NCBI GenBank assembly: GCA_973895155.1
Contig: OZ316892.1
Location: 22,011,619 to 22,075,618 of the forward strand
DNA from: Marsupella aquatica
Lineage: Eukaryota; Plantae; Marchantiophyta
Direction: 5' to 3'
Length of the DNA: 64,000 nucleotides
Shown here: positions 25,991-39,723 of the stretch, piece by piece
Position numbering within the stretch: the first letter of the stretch is position 1
Layout: each line of letters starts with the position of its first letter
Translations under genes and position numbers: made by a program
The notes under the pieces: model-generated
Database searches by the model: none
What the model saw: the letters and a program-made list of their open reading frames with translations, nothing else
Told to the model about the DNA's origin: nothing

Positions 25991-26456
25991 TGAATATAAA
26001 TTTACCTTTAAGACCAATTTTGGCAATACCGGTATATTCGTTAAATTCCAGTTATTGTTAAATGTAATATTGTTTAATTTTTTAATGAAAATAATTAAAT
26101 TAAATGATAATGAAATATCGAACATCATGAGGCCTCATTCCAAGAAGAAATTTGGATGTTTGAGGGGTATCGTTATGAACTGAAAAACAAAATTGTACAA
26201 ATGAATCATTTATATTTTTACATAAATATGAATGTAATAATCCTAGGGATAATCCATATTTACATTAATCTGTGTACTTCTAAGTGGCACTTCCAACCAG
26301 AAGGAATTATTGAAACCTTGTTGGCCACGCAAAATAAACCTAAGTAAGTTCTCTACAATACTTGTGTGAGGCTGACTTGTCGCCAATTGTCACCCTAAAC
26401 CATATTATTTAAGTAAATAATTAAAACCCTACTCTCATTGGTCCCCGCATTGGTCC

Positions 26457-28900
26457 TCATTCTTGGTGGACCACACCGGCCTCTACTTGTTTACATCTCT
26501 CAAGATTGTCTTGTGCTTTAGCAACAACTGATTTAGGAATTGATACCAAACCAGTTTTAGTGTGTCGAGACTTGAAGCACCACAAAACACTATTCACAGA
26601 TATTTTGTGAGGCGCTGGATATTCTCGTTCATCCCACTCCCATTTCTTACTCCAACAATTCTTCCATCTTTCTTTCTGCCCCACTTCACTCTTGCCCATG
26701 TGAGGGCAAAACCGCTCCACTAAACACACATGCTCAAGCTTTTCATCATCATTCAACTCTCCTTCTTCCACATTGCTCACTACTCGCCCCCAAATGAACA
26801 GGGTAGTTCTCTATATCCTCCGTTGCTGGTCTTTGCAAGATAAAACGACCCTTCACAATATCTACTCTTGGTTGAAAAGCTTCTCGTGGTTGATTCTTGA
26901 CAGGCTAGGTCCAACATAGTCTTCTCGCGCATCTAACTCACATGCAACATTCCAAAAATTGAGAGGCATATTGTCTCTCCAATTTGTTCGGGGCCAGAAT
27001 CCACCTTTTAAGTTGTCTCCATCTTCTGGCCCATACTGAACAATCTTTGTTTCCAATGTAGCTAGGACAACTTTCCAATATTGGATGAGATCATCCCAAG
27101 ATTCCCTTAATTCCTCTGTCTCACTTCTATCCACAATCAATTGGAAGAACTTCAAATGTTTCTGTATCCCTAGACGAACATCAGCCAACATGCTTATTTC
27201 TGTCATAGGAAGTCTTTTTGGTATTTCATTTGGAAGGTTTGGAAATCCATCTTTTCCCCAAGATCACATTTCAATACCTTCCTTTGGCACCCATGGCACA
27301 TCATCATTTGACTTGAGCTTATATTGAAAGCATGGCATCCCGCCTTCTCAACCATAAAATCAAAATAGGCGGGGCTTTCCATGCCCAACCAACGAGTCTG
27401 GGCCTTTTAGTAGAAAAGGCTCTACATATCCTTTGAAGTCCGGTGTATCTCTTGTACAAAATGTGGAACTGGACTTGGTGTTCTGGCAGCTTTCATGAAC
27501 AAGCTCATCAAGTCGGGTAATGTCCATGTTGGATCGTGCATAAGGGATTCAGAGAAATGCCCGAACATACCATCAACATCCTCATGAGTGTGCCCAACCA
27601 TAAGGAATCCAAGTTAAACCTCTTCAAACACCTTCCTTGCTGTTAACAATGATAGATAAGCCATAACAAATATGTTCTCATTATCACTCAAGTGGTGCAT
27701 TGTCGAGTTGCAATTTTAATGTCCGTTGAAGAGGCCTGAAACAATTACTTGGTTGTAACCCGGTTGTGAAGATGATTACTCAGCTGCATCATTACAAATC
27801 CCAATGCTTTAGAAAAATATGGATTTAAATAAATGTGACTTTGTGTTATTCTATCAATGCACTAAAAAATAATGCAAAACAATGGAATTCATGTTAAGAA
27901 TACCACATACCTAGCTCCGCTATGAAATTGGAGTCTTCCTTGGTCAAATGCTTTTCTAACATCCTCCTCAAGAACATCCATTCTCCCCCATAGAAGATTG
28001 CTGAAGATGTTTGTGGAATCCGGACCCTCTAGAAGAGAATTAATCATAGGTTCAGGGTTTTCCAACATCCGAAGAATCGAGTCAATTGACCCAATACTTG
28101 CATTTGAATCCGGAGCCCAACATGCAAGATTATATTGAGCCACAGCTTTGGGGCCATGACATGAGTTAAAATACCTGTCATAGTGATTGGTAGGCGGATA
28201 GAGCCATCGCAATCTTTTGGATTCCATGGCAATTTGGGGAGAGCAGTCTTACAATGGTACATTTTGTCATGGATTATACAAACTGACTCCTTGGGATCAG
28301 CAATAGAATGTGGCCTCCACACATGATATAATAATCTTCCCTATGTGTGATCTTCATGATGCTCTTCTTCGTCGCGTCTAAAAATCTCCAGCTCTTCTTT
28401 TCCTCTAGAAAGTCGAGACCTACGTTGTTGTAACTCACTACAAGTATTGCATTTTGAGAAGTTATTTCCCTTCTTGTGAATCAAAACCTCTTTGAAATAT
28501 TTTTGGTGAAGGAAACTCATTATTGGTTGAGATATCTGGCCGAGACCAAGGGCAACCTTTATATCATTCACCCTATCCCTCATTGTCTCCCAAGTAAGGC
28601 TTGTCGGCAACTCCCGCACCCTGGGCCCTCACTCCGTGTAAAAGAAGTGGACTCCCTGCGCTCGGGCCCTTTTCCTGTTTACCCCTTGTTTATTCTATTT
28701 TACTATTAAAAGTTCCCTTATTACCGATAATAATTATAATTATTAATTCAAAATTAATAAAAACTACCCTTTGAGCGTTTGCACGACTTCCATGTATTAG
28801 TTAGGATTGAGGGCCCAGGGCTCCCGCAGACCAACCCTTGAGTTGTAAGCCAAAGTTCTTTGTTGGCAGGGTGGTTATCTGCACTCTCATCAATAATCAT
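26457..28900 (-). pseudogene. DUF7869 / Sola-like DDE transposase, degraded
   Basis: FSKCNTC, CIIHDKM, LQLDNA..DNEN, LGFLMVGHTHEDVDGMFGHFS (~27550-27720). Stops, frameshifts and a MITE insertion. Confidence 0.75.
28619..28820 (+). mobile_element. MITE family B (202 bp)
   Basis: TIR CCCTGGGCCCTCA / TGAGGGCCCAGGG; 8-bp TSD CTCCCGCA. Confidence 0.92.
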
Positions 28901-29916
28901 TTTCATTGACATCAATGATTGAGATACTCTCTCTCTGACATCCTTTTCTTCCCTTGGTTCCCATGCTCAGATATCGTCAAGCCTTCCCTAACCTGTTTTT
29001 CATGATATCAAATTATTGGGTTTTTTTTCTTTCCATGCAATGCCTTCCACGCCTCAAGACAAATAGGAACTCCTTCTACACCTAACAATCTCTCCCCTTC
29101 TGACGTGTCTAGATAGCGCATTTTGAATTGCCAATACTTCTTCCTCCTTCCTTTGTTGAAATGACTTGCTAAAGTACCTCTTCCTAATTCTTAGAGCCAA
29201 TTGAAATCTCGATCAAAGTATTGACAATATTTTTGCCTACAACAATTGTTTGTACTAATCAATAAGATATCTTCCTATGAGAGTGACTGCTCTTTCCTTC
29301 CTTGAGAGATCCCTCCGGGGTTTCTTTCTAGGTCTTACTTTACTCACATATGATCACTTCTCGCTTGATACCTCAAGTCGTTATGATCCCTAGTTCTGAA
29401 AGTGATAATGTAAACTTCTCCCCCAGGCGCAAACCTAGTGATCGGCCAGGGAACAAGACAATCTTTGTATCTCAAATGCTCTCTTCTTGCCCCATCAACA
29501 AATTCTGTAATAAGTATTTTGACGTGTGTCTCCCCAAGCAATGTCCCCTGCAAAACGACATCAAGATTTGTAGTACTGACCATTGCAATTGAGAAGTTGA
29601 TGTTATTCTCATCTATGACTTTCACAGACATTTCTCTCCAATCACCCCTGCTTATTAAAATTTCTTTGTGGTGATCCCTACTTTGTCCCATCTCCCCTTC
29701 ATCCTCACTATCCTATTCGCGTGGAATGACGTCCTCAATCCCTAAATCATCGAAGGCCAGGGGGAGCAAGTCTGACTTCTTCCAAGGCGTAGTGGACCCA
29801 AATTGGATATCTATAGTTTCTGTCTCATGAAGGTCTACAGTTTTATCAATCCTCACCAAAACTTGTGTGGATCCAAGAGAATGATCCAGGACCTTGAAGG
29901 TTGGATATATATTTAC

Positions 29917-31300
29917 GAGTAAAGTTACACCATCAGTTATCAATCGTTTCCATCAGTCGACCTGATATCAGTTGCCACATCATCTCAGAGAGGCCGCCAA
30001 GATGCGGAGCCAAAAAAAATACAAACTCACTTTTTTTTCTCAAAATTTGATGAAGAAAAAAAAATGAATTTTTTTCACTATGGACATCACTTTTCGGACA
30101 TCACTTTTCAGACGAGGCCAACCAAGATGGCCAGGTGTCCATACGGACATCACTTTTTGGCGGGGCCAGCCGAGATGGCCAGCTCTTTGTACGGTATGGA
30201 CACCAAATTTCGTAGAATTGTTTTTTCAATTTTTTTTCTCATTTTTTTTGTTTTGAATTTTTCAACAAAATAAGTTTTCAAATTTTTTTTCTCATTTTTT
30301 TTCTCATGTTTTTGTCCGCACGCCGATCTTGGCAAGGTCAGCTGAGATTGAGTCAATCTCAGCTGCCTAGCTGAGATGCGTGGAAGTGCAAAGTCGTCAT
30401 CCCCTAGGCCCTCAGCTTACGTAATCCCGGAAACACGTGCGCCAGCTTGAAGGGTATTTTTAATCCATTTCCGGCTAATAATTATAATTCAATTAGAACC
30501 AACCAACCCGCAACTTTATACAAATTTGGGTTTATAAGGAAGAAGGGTATTTCCAAAACCGTGGCATATTAACTCAGCCGAAGGGGTCCTATAATGTATG
30601 TGACACACGTCATTGTATAAGGGGCCATGTGGCAAGGTCTCAATCATTGGAACATAGTGTCCCAAGTGAGTCACTTTATTAGTACCTAGACCCATATCTT
30701 AGTTTGATTATATGTTTTGTAATCCCGTTTGTAATGTCTCTCCAATGTAGAGTGCACTCTCGGTGCAGGTAGTGCCCATGCTTGTGGGGATGTTGCCACT
30801 GCCCACCTATTGCCTACCAATCCATGTTTTGTCCGTAATCTTGCCTATACTAGTTTAGCCAAACTGGTAAAACATATCTAAACTGTGTGAGTGATTGTAT
30901 GCCCCACTAGGGCACTGTATGCATCATTTTTGTCCAGAAAATTTGTGTATCTCAAATTGGATCTTGTATGTTAGCCCTATCTTGGGTTTTCCTTATTATA
31001 ATTTCACAATGGGTTTTCAAATATAGATTTTATCAGTTTTATAAGGCACCTAAGGGTATACAAATTTATCAAAAACTAATTTTTTACATGGAACAAGGGT
31101 AATGTATAATTATGAAAGAAAAATACTAAGAAGGGGTAGGCAAGGGGGGTCCGGGCGCAGCGGGGTACAATTAGTATACATCGAGTGAGGGCCCATGGTC
31201 GTCATCTCAGCTGAGATTCAAAAAACATATATTCAGCGGAAAAACTGATAACTGATGTCAGCTGCTGATATCAGTTATCAGTGGCTGATAACTGATGATC
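29917..31300. mobile_element. MULE-like element fragment with catcagttatca / tgataactgatg inverted ends
   Basis: Left end shared with 11295; inverted motif at ~31286-31297; no TSD found. Confidence 0.4.
30402..31198 (-). mobile_element. Longer member of MITE family B (797 bp), opposite orientation
   Basis: TIR CCCTAGGCCCTCA / TGAGGGCCCATGG; 8-bp TSD TCGTCATC; subterminal similarity to the reverse complement of 28619-28820. Confidence 0.85.
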
Positions 31301-31924
31301 CTCGCTACCCCAAGAAGGAACCACCTACATCATCATGCTTGTCTAACTCACCTACTGAAAAGTAGATGTCCTCTTTGGACTGTGTATCCTCATTCACAAC
31401 ACATCCAAGGTCTGCAAGCATATATAATCTTAGTTAGAGCTACACTTTGTTTGATTACCAATCCACACATGTAAGCCCAAGCAATAGCCATGCATGATGC
31501 AACCCATAGGAGGACCCTACACAGGGCCTGTCGGTCTGGAAGGGGCAACATACCCACCAAAGTCTTGAGCCAAACAGAGCCCACCAAGTAGATTCACAGT
31601 CATACCCCATGCAGCAAGAAACAACAATCAGCTCAACTACGACCAACCATAACAAGATGAGTTAGTTCAACGATCACATTTATTACAAAATTGTGATTTA
31701 TACAAAAATATGAGGGACTCCTACTCCTCACTCCCTCCCACCATTGCTAAGCATCCATCTTCGCTCAAGCTTGGAGGGGAATGTCGCAACCATATCAGGT
31801 ACCCCTCACTGATATCAGATATCAGTCAAAGATATCAGTCTTTTGAGATGGGATTGGAGGCAACTCAGCGAGGCCACTGTGACGCTGCCGGTACGGCGGG
31901 TAATGAGTAATTTGATCTAACCGC

Positions 31925-34160
31925 TGTCCTGAGGATAAGCAAAGAGGTGGGAAAGGGCCTCAAGGGACACGCAGGGTGTATGGCTGCTTGAGATAGGAAA
32001 CGGTTGCAAACAAGACAAAGTATCTACCCTAATCGTTCATCCACATCATCACAAGCAAGCAAGCATGCTTTCGAAACTCAAGCCATTTACATACTCATAT
32101 CCAATCACAATCAAAATAACTAGTTCAAGCTTCCCAATGTAATCCTCACAAGTCTAAGCCCAACATTCAATTGGTCACCATTCCTTTTCCAACACTTGAT
32201 TGCACACAATCCCTTGCAACCCTCTAAGGTACACAAGTTCAAGCATACATCAATGTGGTCAAGTTAAGGGTCACTCTTGGTTGTGGCTAAGACAAGTGGG
32301 ACATCCAAAGGTATGCAAGGCGTCTCTATGCACCATTCAAACATCCAACTTTCAAAACATGGGAAACTACTTTCGAAAAGTGACCTAGGGTTGGTCAACA
32401 AACTCCTTAACAAACATGGAATTGACCTTAGTCCCTTCCTCTAGTAGAACCACCAAGTATAATCCACAAACAACCCATTCCATCAATCGAAAATGCCTTC
32501 ACTCTTTACTCTTGCAACTTCCCTCATGCATAATAACTACTTTCGAAAGTACCTTCATTCAACCCATCTACTTTCAAAAACACCTTCAAGCTCACAACAA
32601 CATTCGAAAATGGCATGAAGACATTCATTCTAACCATTCCATCACTCATAGCCAAAGCAAGGCATCAACACACATCTCAAAAACGAGGATACCTCTCCTC
32701 TAAATGCATAGCAAGAAGGCACATGTAGCATCATGGCCTCCAAGTAAAAACATGGGTCACAAGCAAGACCCTCCTAGCAAAAATGAATCATCACCAAGTC
32801 TAATCATCAACCAAGCATTCAAAATCCCTCCATAGCCTATCCAAGCTTCAAAACCCTAGTCTCCTTCTCTCATACTTCCTTCTTTCAACCAAATCTACTT
32901 TCGAAGCTTCAAGTCAAGGAATTTACAAGAGAGTAGGCCTTCTTAGTGAGCCATCTCTAATGCAAGACTCCCAAGCTTCAACAAGATTAGGTCACATCTC
33001 CTCTAAGCTTTCAAAAATCTCCTACAAGTCCATTCTCCTCAAAACTTGAAGCAACAAACCTACATTCAAGTATGCCTTCTTGTGGGCAATCTCTCATGCA
33101 AGCTCCTTATACTTCCTACTCACATCCTACCTCCTTCCTAAGGCTTCGAGTCAGCCTCTCCTACATTCGAAACCTCTCTCCAAATCCTTAGAAAAACCGT
33201 CACAAAACTCAATCTCTTCACATTCAAAGCTTCTACTCCATCTATCTCTTCACAAAATTGCCTCTACATCTCCTACCCTCAAAATCCTAAGGCCATGGCC
33301 AAGGAGGAGGGCTCCCCCTTCACTCATGCCTCATGCTTGAGCTCCCCTCAAGAGGTTCGCTCCTACCTATTCAAAACTTACTCAAAGACTCAAAAACTGC
33401 CAAAAGCGGCAACACTTTAGCAGCATCACGGTGTGAGAGAGAGCCCACCCTTCGAACTCTCCTCTTTAGTACTCTCGTGGGAAGGCCTGGGGCAAGGCAC
33501 AAGCCCTCCACTTATGGTTTAAGTCCTCGACAATTTTCAGCCCTTGATCATCCATCAAAAAGATCTAAGGGTCAAAAATGAGCCAAAATACCATCCTTTG
33601 TAACTTTGTAACCAAATGAGGCTTCGCAATTTCGAAAAAACCTCGACCTCCTCCAAACCCTAAGGCATGTCCTCATCCTCAATCCTATCCATTCATCCAT
33701 TGACTCAACCAAGATCCACCATTGATGTAGGTTCAATGAATCTAGTCCTTATTTCACAAAACTAGGAATCTGGCCCATATCTCACAAAACTGATGCACTT
33801 GGACCAAACCCTCTTACATGCCTTGAACCTGGTCACCTCCTCCATGTATTCAATGAACCTGGTCACCATGTCGCCAAAACCCTAGATACCTTGCTTGTTG
33901 AGCAAGCAACCTCCATTCCACCAATCCGCCAAATGATAACTTAATCGCTGGTCACAAATGAAAAACATACCCCACAATAGTAACAAGGGTGGGTAGGCTC
34001 GACCTCATCCCTACCTTGACCCTCATAACTCTACTTCCTCCTTCACATTGGTCAAGTTAGCTCAAGTCAAGTCAACTTGCCCAAGTTAGAAGCAAAAATT
34101 GGTTTCAACTTCCTTCACAAAACATGAGGATTCCTCCTTTAGGATGGAAACCTCATGACA
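31925..34160. mobile_element. Nested solo LTR, 2236 bp
   Basis: Ends TGTCCTGAGG / CCTCATGACA (9/10 inverted match), 4-bp TSD CCGC, no credible ORF. Confidence 0.75.
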
Positions 34161-34659
34161 CCGCGCTTAGCACACGCGTTAGTCGTATCTTAGGTAGTTA
34201 TTATTAGCATAACGACAATATTTAGGTAGGCATTATGAATAGGAAATCATTAGTCAATAAGGGGAATTCATGTTCGGGCTGGCGGCGGGTCGCCATTCGC
34301 ACGACCAGGTTGCGAGCGTGTAATGGGCCCTTTGTCCCTCTCTCTCGGGTCCGTATAACGAACTCCGGGAGGCGGCCACTAACACGAGCTGACCCGGACT
34401 GGAGAAGGGCCGGTACACTGCGAGCGTGAAAGGCTCGACCTATAATCGACAAGGAGACGTCGGGCGATCGGCGAGCTCTCAGGGTATAAAAGGGAGCCGA
34501 TCCTTTGCAGTGCACCAAGCTCTCCAATCCATGCGCCAGCTTTGATCCCAGCTCTCTCGCTTTTCCTTAGTCACCTGCTATCTTCCCTGAATATCACACA
34601 CGATCCTTTCTAGTTCGGCCATACGATTTTGGACTCAGTTCCTGTCTATCGAAGGGCAC

Positions 34660-37435
34660 TTGGCCGACTCATTAAAACATGCCAATCTGCGCCGATATGA
34701 GATCGAACGCGAATACGAGAGAGCCATCCGCCTAGCAGGCCGCCACCACTATCTCCTTAACTTTGAGTACCCGTCCCAGAGCGAGCTTTACCGACCCGAA
34801 GAGGTATCAGGGTACTTCTTTGACGGAGGTAAATACATCGGCTTCTGGGAGGCATTGCGTCGGCTTCCGGACGAGGTCTTCAATATTCTGGGCACAATTG
34901 ACTTACAGTGGCACCACTTCGACCACATCCCCGCTCGGGTCTGGGCTATCATCAACGACAAATTCAACACTACCCGATCGACAGGACCATCTTCACTTTC
35001 GTCGGAAAATCTCCACCGGCACTTGCAGAACTTCATGGCAACTCCACCCTCAACAACCAGTGCCGGCCAAACCGTGCCTGTACCCGCACCCGCACCTCCT
35101 CGGCCTCAGCCAAGCTGGTCTCCGCCACCGGTTCCACCACCTCTCCGAGTACGATCCGTGGTGAATGCGGTACATATCAACTTCGAGGATGAGGAGACTC
35201 ACCCTCCTCTAAATCGACGACCGTGGGGTATGAACAACCCCGCAACACCCCAGCAAGCCCGAGGGGACAACACGATAACGCTAGCGGCCTCGGCACCAAT
35301 ACTCACGGCAGTCGCGCTACCCTCAGGGGTTTCACTTTCACAAAAATGGCATATCACGTGCGACGAAGGATAGGGTCATTTTATTGGTTGTAAGGGAAGA
35401 CTTAAGAATTTTTGTAGAAGAACAATAGGGTCTTTTAAATTCAATTTTGAGACTTATAAGAACAATAGAGCCTTTTTAATCCAATTTTTGGAATATTCCA
35501 AGAATATTCCAACTTTATAGGGGTTAAAAAATAATATTTTTTCTTACATTTTAGGGGGTCCAAGGCCTAAAAACGTCGTAGGTGATGGGGAGGTCCCCAT
35601 GTAGTGAGACCCCCGAGGCGCTACCACCACCTGACCAAGAGGATGGAGAGATGTCCCCCTCTTCTAGTCACCCTGAGAATCAGCCTCGGGGTAAGAAGAC
35701 GAAGGAGCCCGCAGCCGTATCCGGGTTGCCTTTGGCCACGGTTGCAGTAGCCAAGCTGACCATGCATTGCATGGGGGACAACGTTCACAAGAACATCCTC
35801 CACCCCAAGCATGCATGCTATCTGAAGACTCAGGGGTTTGAGCACCTTGCCTCTCTCCCTTGGAATGGAAGCAGGTATTACAGACAGGATATGGCGGAGT
35901 TCATTCAGAACTTCGATGAGGCCCGTCAACAAACCCGAGCGCACGGGAGAGTGATGTGTCTCGATGAGGCACGTCTGAGGATGGTTTTCGGCCTACCCGA
36001 GGGAATAAACCGGGTAGAGTGGCGGGCTCCTGGGGGCAAGGGAGCTAAATACCAGTCATCTAGCTTCCCGGCCGAAGGGGTAGTGGACAATGCATTCTTA
36101 ATGAGAACGTGCCTCATCCCAGAGGTAGCGGAACCCCTAGAGTTTCAGCGGTATGCCCTCCACATGATGGAACCGAGAGGGGAAATATCGGCCGCTCAGG
36201 TTATCCAGGTGGAGAACTATCGGCTCAGGAAGTGGGCGTCCTTCTTCGTCAAGAAGTTCCACGAGGAGATGGAGCGGAGAAGGAAGACTTTGTACCTTGG
36301 TGGGCGGGCGTACTTAGCTAGCCACGTCAAAATCATCCTCGAGTGGTACGCTCATTTTGACCGCCGGAGCCTCCCACGTCTCAATGAGACCGAGCTGACC
36401 CCACCAAAATGGGTGTTCCCCAGGTAAGGCGATCGCAGCCCGAGGCCCAAAGTCTGGCAGCTGCAAGTCCTGCTACCCCGGCCCTGCAACCCACTACTGC
36501 CGCCCCGCCAAGCATACCCATTGATGTCATTGCGACCTTAGACGCGATCAATCGGGACAATGCCGTCAAAGCCGGGCCGAATGAAGCCGTACCCAAAGCA
36601 GATATCATGGTGGTCAGGGCGATTCTGCCACCCCCCGCGGTGGAGCAGGAGAACCACCTCCCTCTAGTAGAACCAGCCCCTTCGACCGACTTACCTCAAG
36701 GGCTGGATGTGACCACTCCTACTCCCACGCGGGTTGGAGTCTATCCGTGCCCGAATCCAGAGGGACGTAGTCTAGACCATCTGGAACTCTTTGCACCGGG
36801 CACTTTTCTGAACGGGTTGTTGAGAGATTTCTCACAACAGATCTCTCGGGACACCAGGGAATACATGGCCCGGAGGGTGGCCTACTTCTTCAACCAGGAG
36901 TTGGTTGCAGCAGTAAGGGCAGGACATGCGCAGGCAGAGATTGCGCAGAGAATAGAGCAATATCGGGTTGAGTCTGCCTACCTGAAGGACGAAGTGGCAA
37001 CCTTAGAGGCTGAACTCCAACAACTTCGGCCTCAGGTAACGGCCACGGAGGACCAGGTCACGAGGCTAGAGCCCAAGCAGCATTGGCAATACAGGCCGGG
37101 CTCAGAAAAGATGCCGAGATTGCGCGGCTCCGAACCAAGATTGACAGTTTGCAGGGGCAAGCCGTTAGTTGGCAAAAGGATCTAGAGGAAGCTGATTCCA
37201 GGTCTCAACGGGACACAGCCAAGATTGACGCCTGAAGGTAGAGGTGGCACGGCTTCAAGGAGAAGCCACTAAACAGGCCTAGTTGGTGGACAAGCTGACG
37301 AGCAACACCCAGCAACTGGAGGAGGCATGCCAGGAGGCCGCGGAAGAGGCAGACGTGGCGAAGTGGGAAAACAAATCTCTGCTGGACCAGGTCCAGCTAC
37401 TCAGGCAGGACGCCGACAGACTCAGAAGGCAGTGA
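34660..37435 (+). pseudogene. LTR-encoded protein homologous to ORF 55596-59264, disrupted by a MITE and frameshifts
   Basis: Removing the MITE joins 34660-35321 to 35626-36427 in frame. LASLPW...EFIQNFDEARQQTRAHG...LRMVFGLPEG aligns with FVRLPW...EFVGSWEPETNCTRIYG...IAEVFGLPMG. Pro-rich linker then coiled-coil C-terminus. Confidence 0.8.
35322..35617 (+). mobile_element. MITE family A, copy 2 (296 bp)
   Basis: TIR CTCAGGGGTTTCACT / AGTGAGACCCCCGAG; 8-bp TSD GCGCTACC. Confidence 0.92.
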
Positions 37436-39723
37436 GATAGCCGCTCCCACTCAGGCGGTTCTGGCAAGCGTGCCAGACATTAGCGGCAGAGTAGGATTAG
37501 AGTAGAGTTAGGAATAGCTCAATTAGGCCATAGGAACAACACCTGCCCTAGTTAGAGCAGCACTGCCATGCTATATAATCGACGTAGATTAGGATCTTCT
37601 AATAAGACAAGCCATTTTCCGGCCTGACAGCCAGCTTAGCTAGGATCTTAGTTAGCAAATCTTTGGGCGCAAGGGCACTCCGTTCCTCGGCCCTTAGTAT
37701 TTAGTGCACCCCTTGGTAGAGGCAGGGGGGTTTTTAGTCTCAGTGTTGGACATCCGTGGTATGTGCGGGGAGTCCCGACCTCTGGGAGTGAAAGAGTACC
37801 GAGGGGAGGGTGTGGGACTAAGCTCGCTGGGCGAGTGTGGAGCCGGGCTCCGTTGTAGTGTACACCCTCAGCCTTGGACCTGTTCATTCCGGAGCTTTCG
37901 GGTCAACTAAGTGTACGCATATGTCTCCTATGTAGTAAAATCCTTCCCCATTATTTCCTTCGTGTAAACCGAGATTGTATGCTTGTGTGTGTATGTATGT
38001 GTGAATCTCATGTATAGGTGCCAACGCTTGGCCGAACGCACTACCCAAGTCAGGCATAGGGTGCAGCTTGTGGGTAGTGGTTGCGAGCCCGGATTGAGTA
38101 CCTATATCATCGAATCCGGATTGAAGGCGGACAACACAAAGGCTTAGAAGCCCGTAAGCCGGGGTCGATCCTGCTATCGACTAAGGTATGTTCCGGCGGC
38201 AGAACACAAACCATACCTAAGAGGTCTTCGTATATGACAATAGGCGCACTTAGCGCTAGTTTACGTGAGTTTGGTGCATTCCGTGCATCCCTCCCTGCCC
38301 GAACCCTCATTTTGACGAAGGATGTGCCTGTCTAAGCCGAAGCCCGGGTTAAGGCCTAGGCTAACGACGTGACAGCCACGGAGAGCGAGGATAGACCAGG
38401 TCATGACGACATTTCATGTATGTACATTCCCAGGCATATTTATGCCAAAAAGATCCAACTTTATTTCCTTGATCGTAAATAAGTTCCGGTCGCACACAGA
38501 CTAACCTCAAGTTACAACTATGGCAAATTCCATATTACTCTAAGCTAATCTCACTATGAGGCCCCACTATTAACATTCCTTCTCCATCAAACATTGGTCG
38601 ACCTCCGCTTGTGTTCCCGAACCGCTTGTGTTCCCAAACTCAGTAGCCATGGAATGTTCCTCAGTCTCCCTGGGACTCATTCCTTCATTGGCAAGTAGTA
38701 GATGTCGATTTTGAATCGCAGAAGTTTTGGTTTCTTGTGACTCATCGTCAAAATTAGAGGACGAACTTCCAATGTCCAGTCAAACAACTCTTGCTCGGGC
38801 TCCTCTCTGACTTTCTTCTCATCTCGGACACTCAATCTGGAATGGGAGATGAGCCTCCTCGCTACTCGGACAATCCATTGCAAGCCTGATTGCAAGGTAA
38901 ACAACTCGTTGAGAATTGGACCCTCAACTCCCTAGCTAGAAATGTACTTCTTCTCTCCAAGATTGAAAACTTGCCCCCTATGTGAAGACTGTCCAAGAAC
39001 TTGAGTCTTTAAAGTAAATTTATCGCTTCTCTCTTCCTCCAAGAACTTGGGATATCCCCGGATATAGATGATGATGATTGAGGTTCTCAGCAGATTTGAA
39101 TTTTCAGTTAGATGGTCAGCGAGGGTCGCTGAGCAGAGTCAAGTCTCATCGATCCTCAGATCCTCAATCATGATTCAAAACCTCCACACATGTGAATTTT
39201 TTGTTACACATGCAATCAGCGAGGCTGGGTGACATAGAGTCAAGTATCCGCGCATTTATCCTCAATCATCAAGAATTTTGGTTATAGAGTTAGCGAGGCT
39301 TGTGGACGAGGGATCGTGCGCAGATACGCCGTATCCATTTATTTCTCTTATCGTTCCCTTTGTGGGACGGGAAGTAGCAATGAGTGAACGGTCAATCATC
39401 CCAGCATGGAACGGGAAGTACGATGATATGACGCCTGACCATACAATCATGTTTGGCAAGGCTCACTGAGCCCTTGTGGAGACAAGAATTACAAATGAGT
39501 CAAGACCAGAAATCCTCCAAGCATGTGAACGACAAATACAATGATATGATGGTGACCGTACAAATTGTGGCGGGAAGTTATTCAGCGGTCTTGCTCAATT
39601 GATTGCGAAAGGGGGCATGATCTGTTTGAAGCAATTCAATTCAACCTCTTTGGCGGCAATTGGATTTGAGGATGTCAGAGATATTGTTGAGGATGATTCC
39701 AGGAAAACAAGGAGAGCGTTTAG

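Larger units (their letters stand above)
31878..38374 (+). mobile_element. Giant solo LTR (~3.95 kb after removing nested inserts) carrying an ORF
   Basis: TGTGACG...CGTGACA ends with 5-bp TSD GCCAC. No direct terminal repeats and no gag/pol inside. TATAAAA at 34485. Start resembles the TGTGATG start of the gypsy 3' LTR. Confidence 0.8.
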
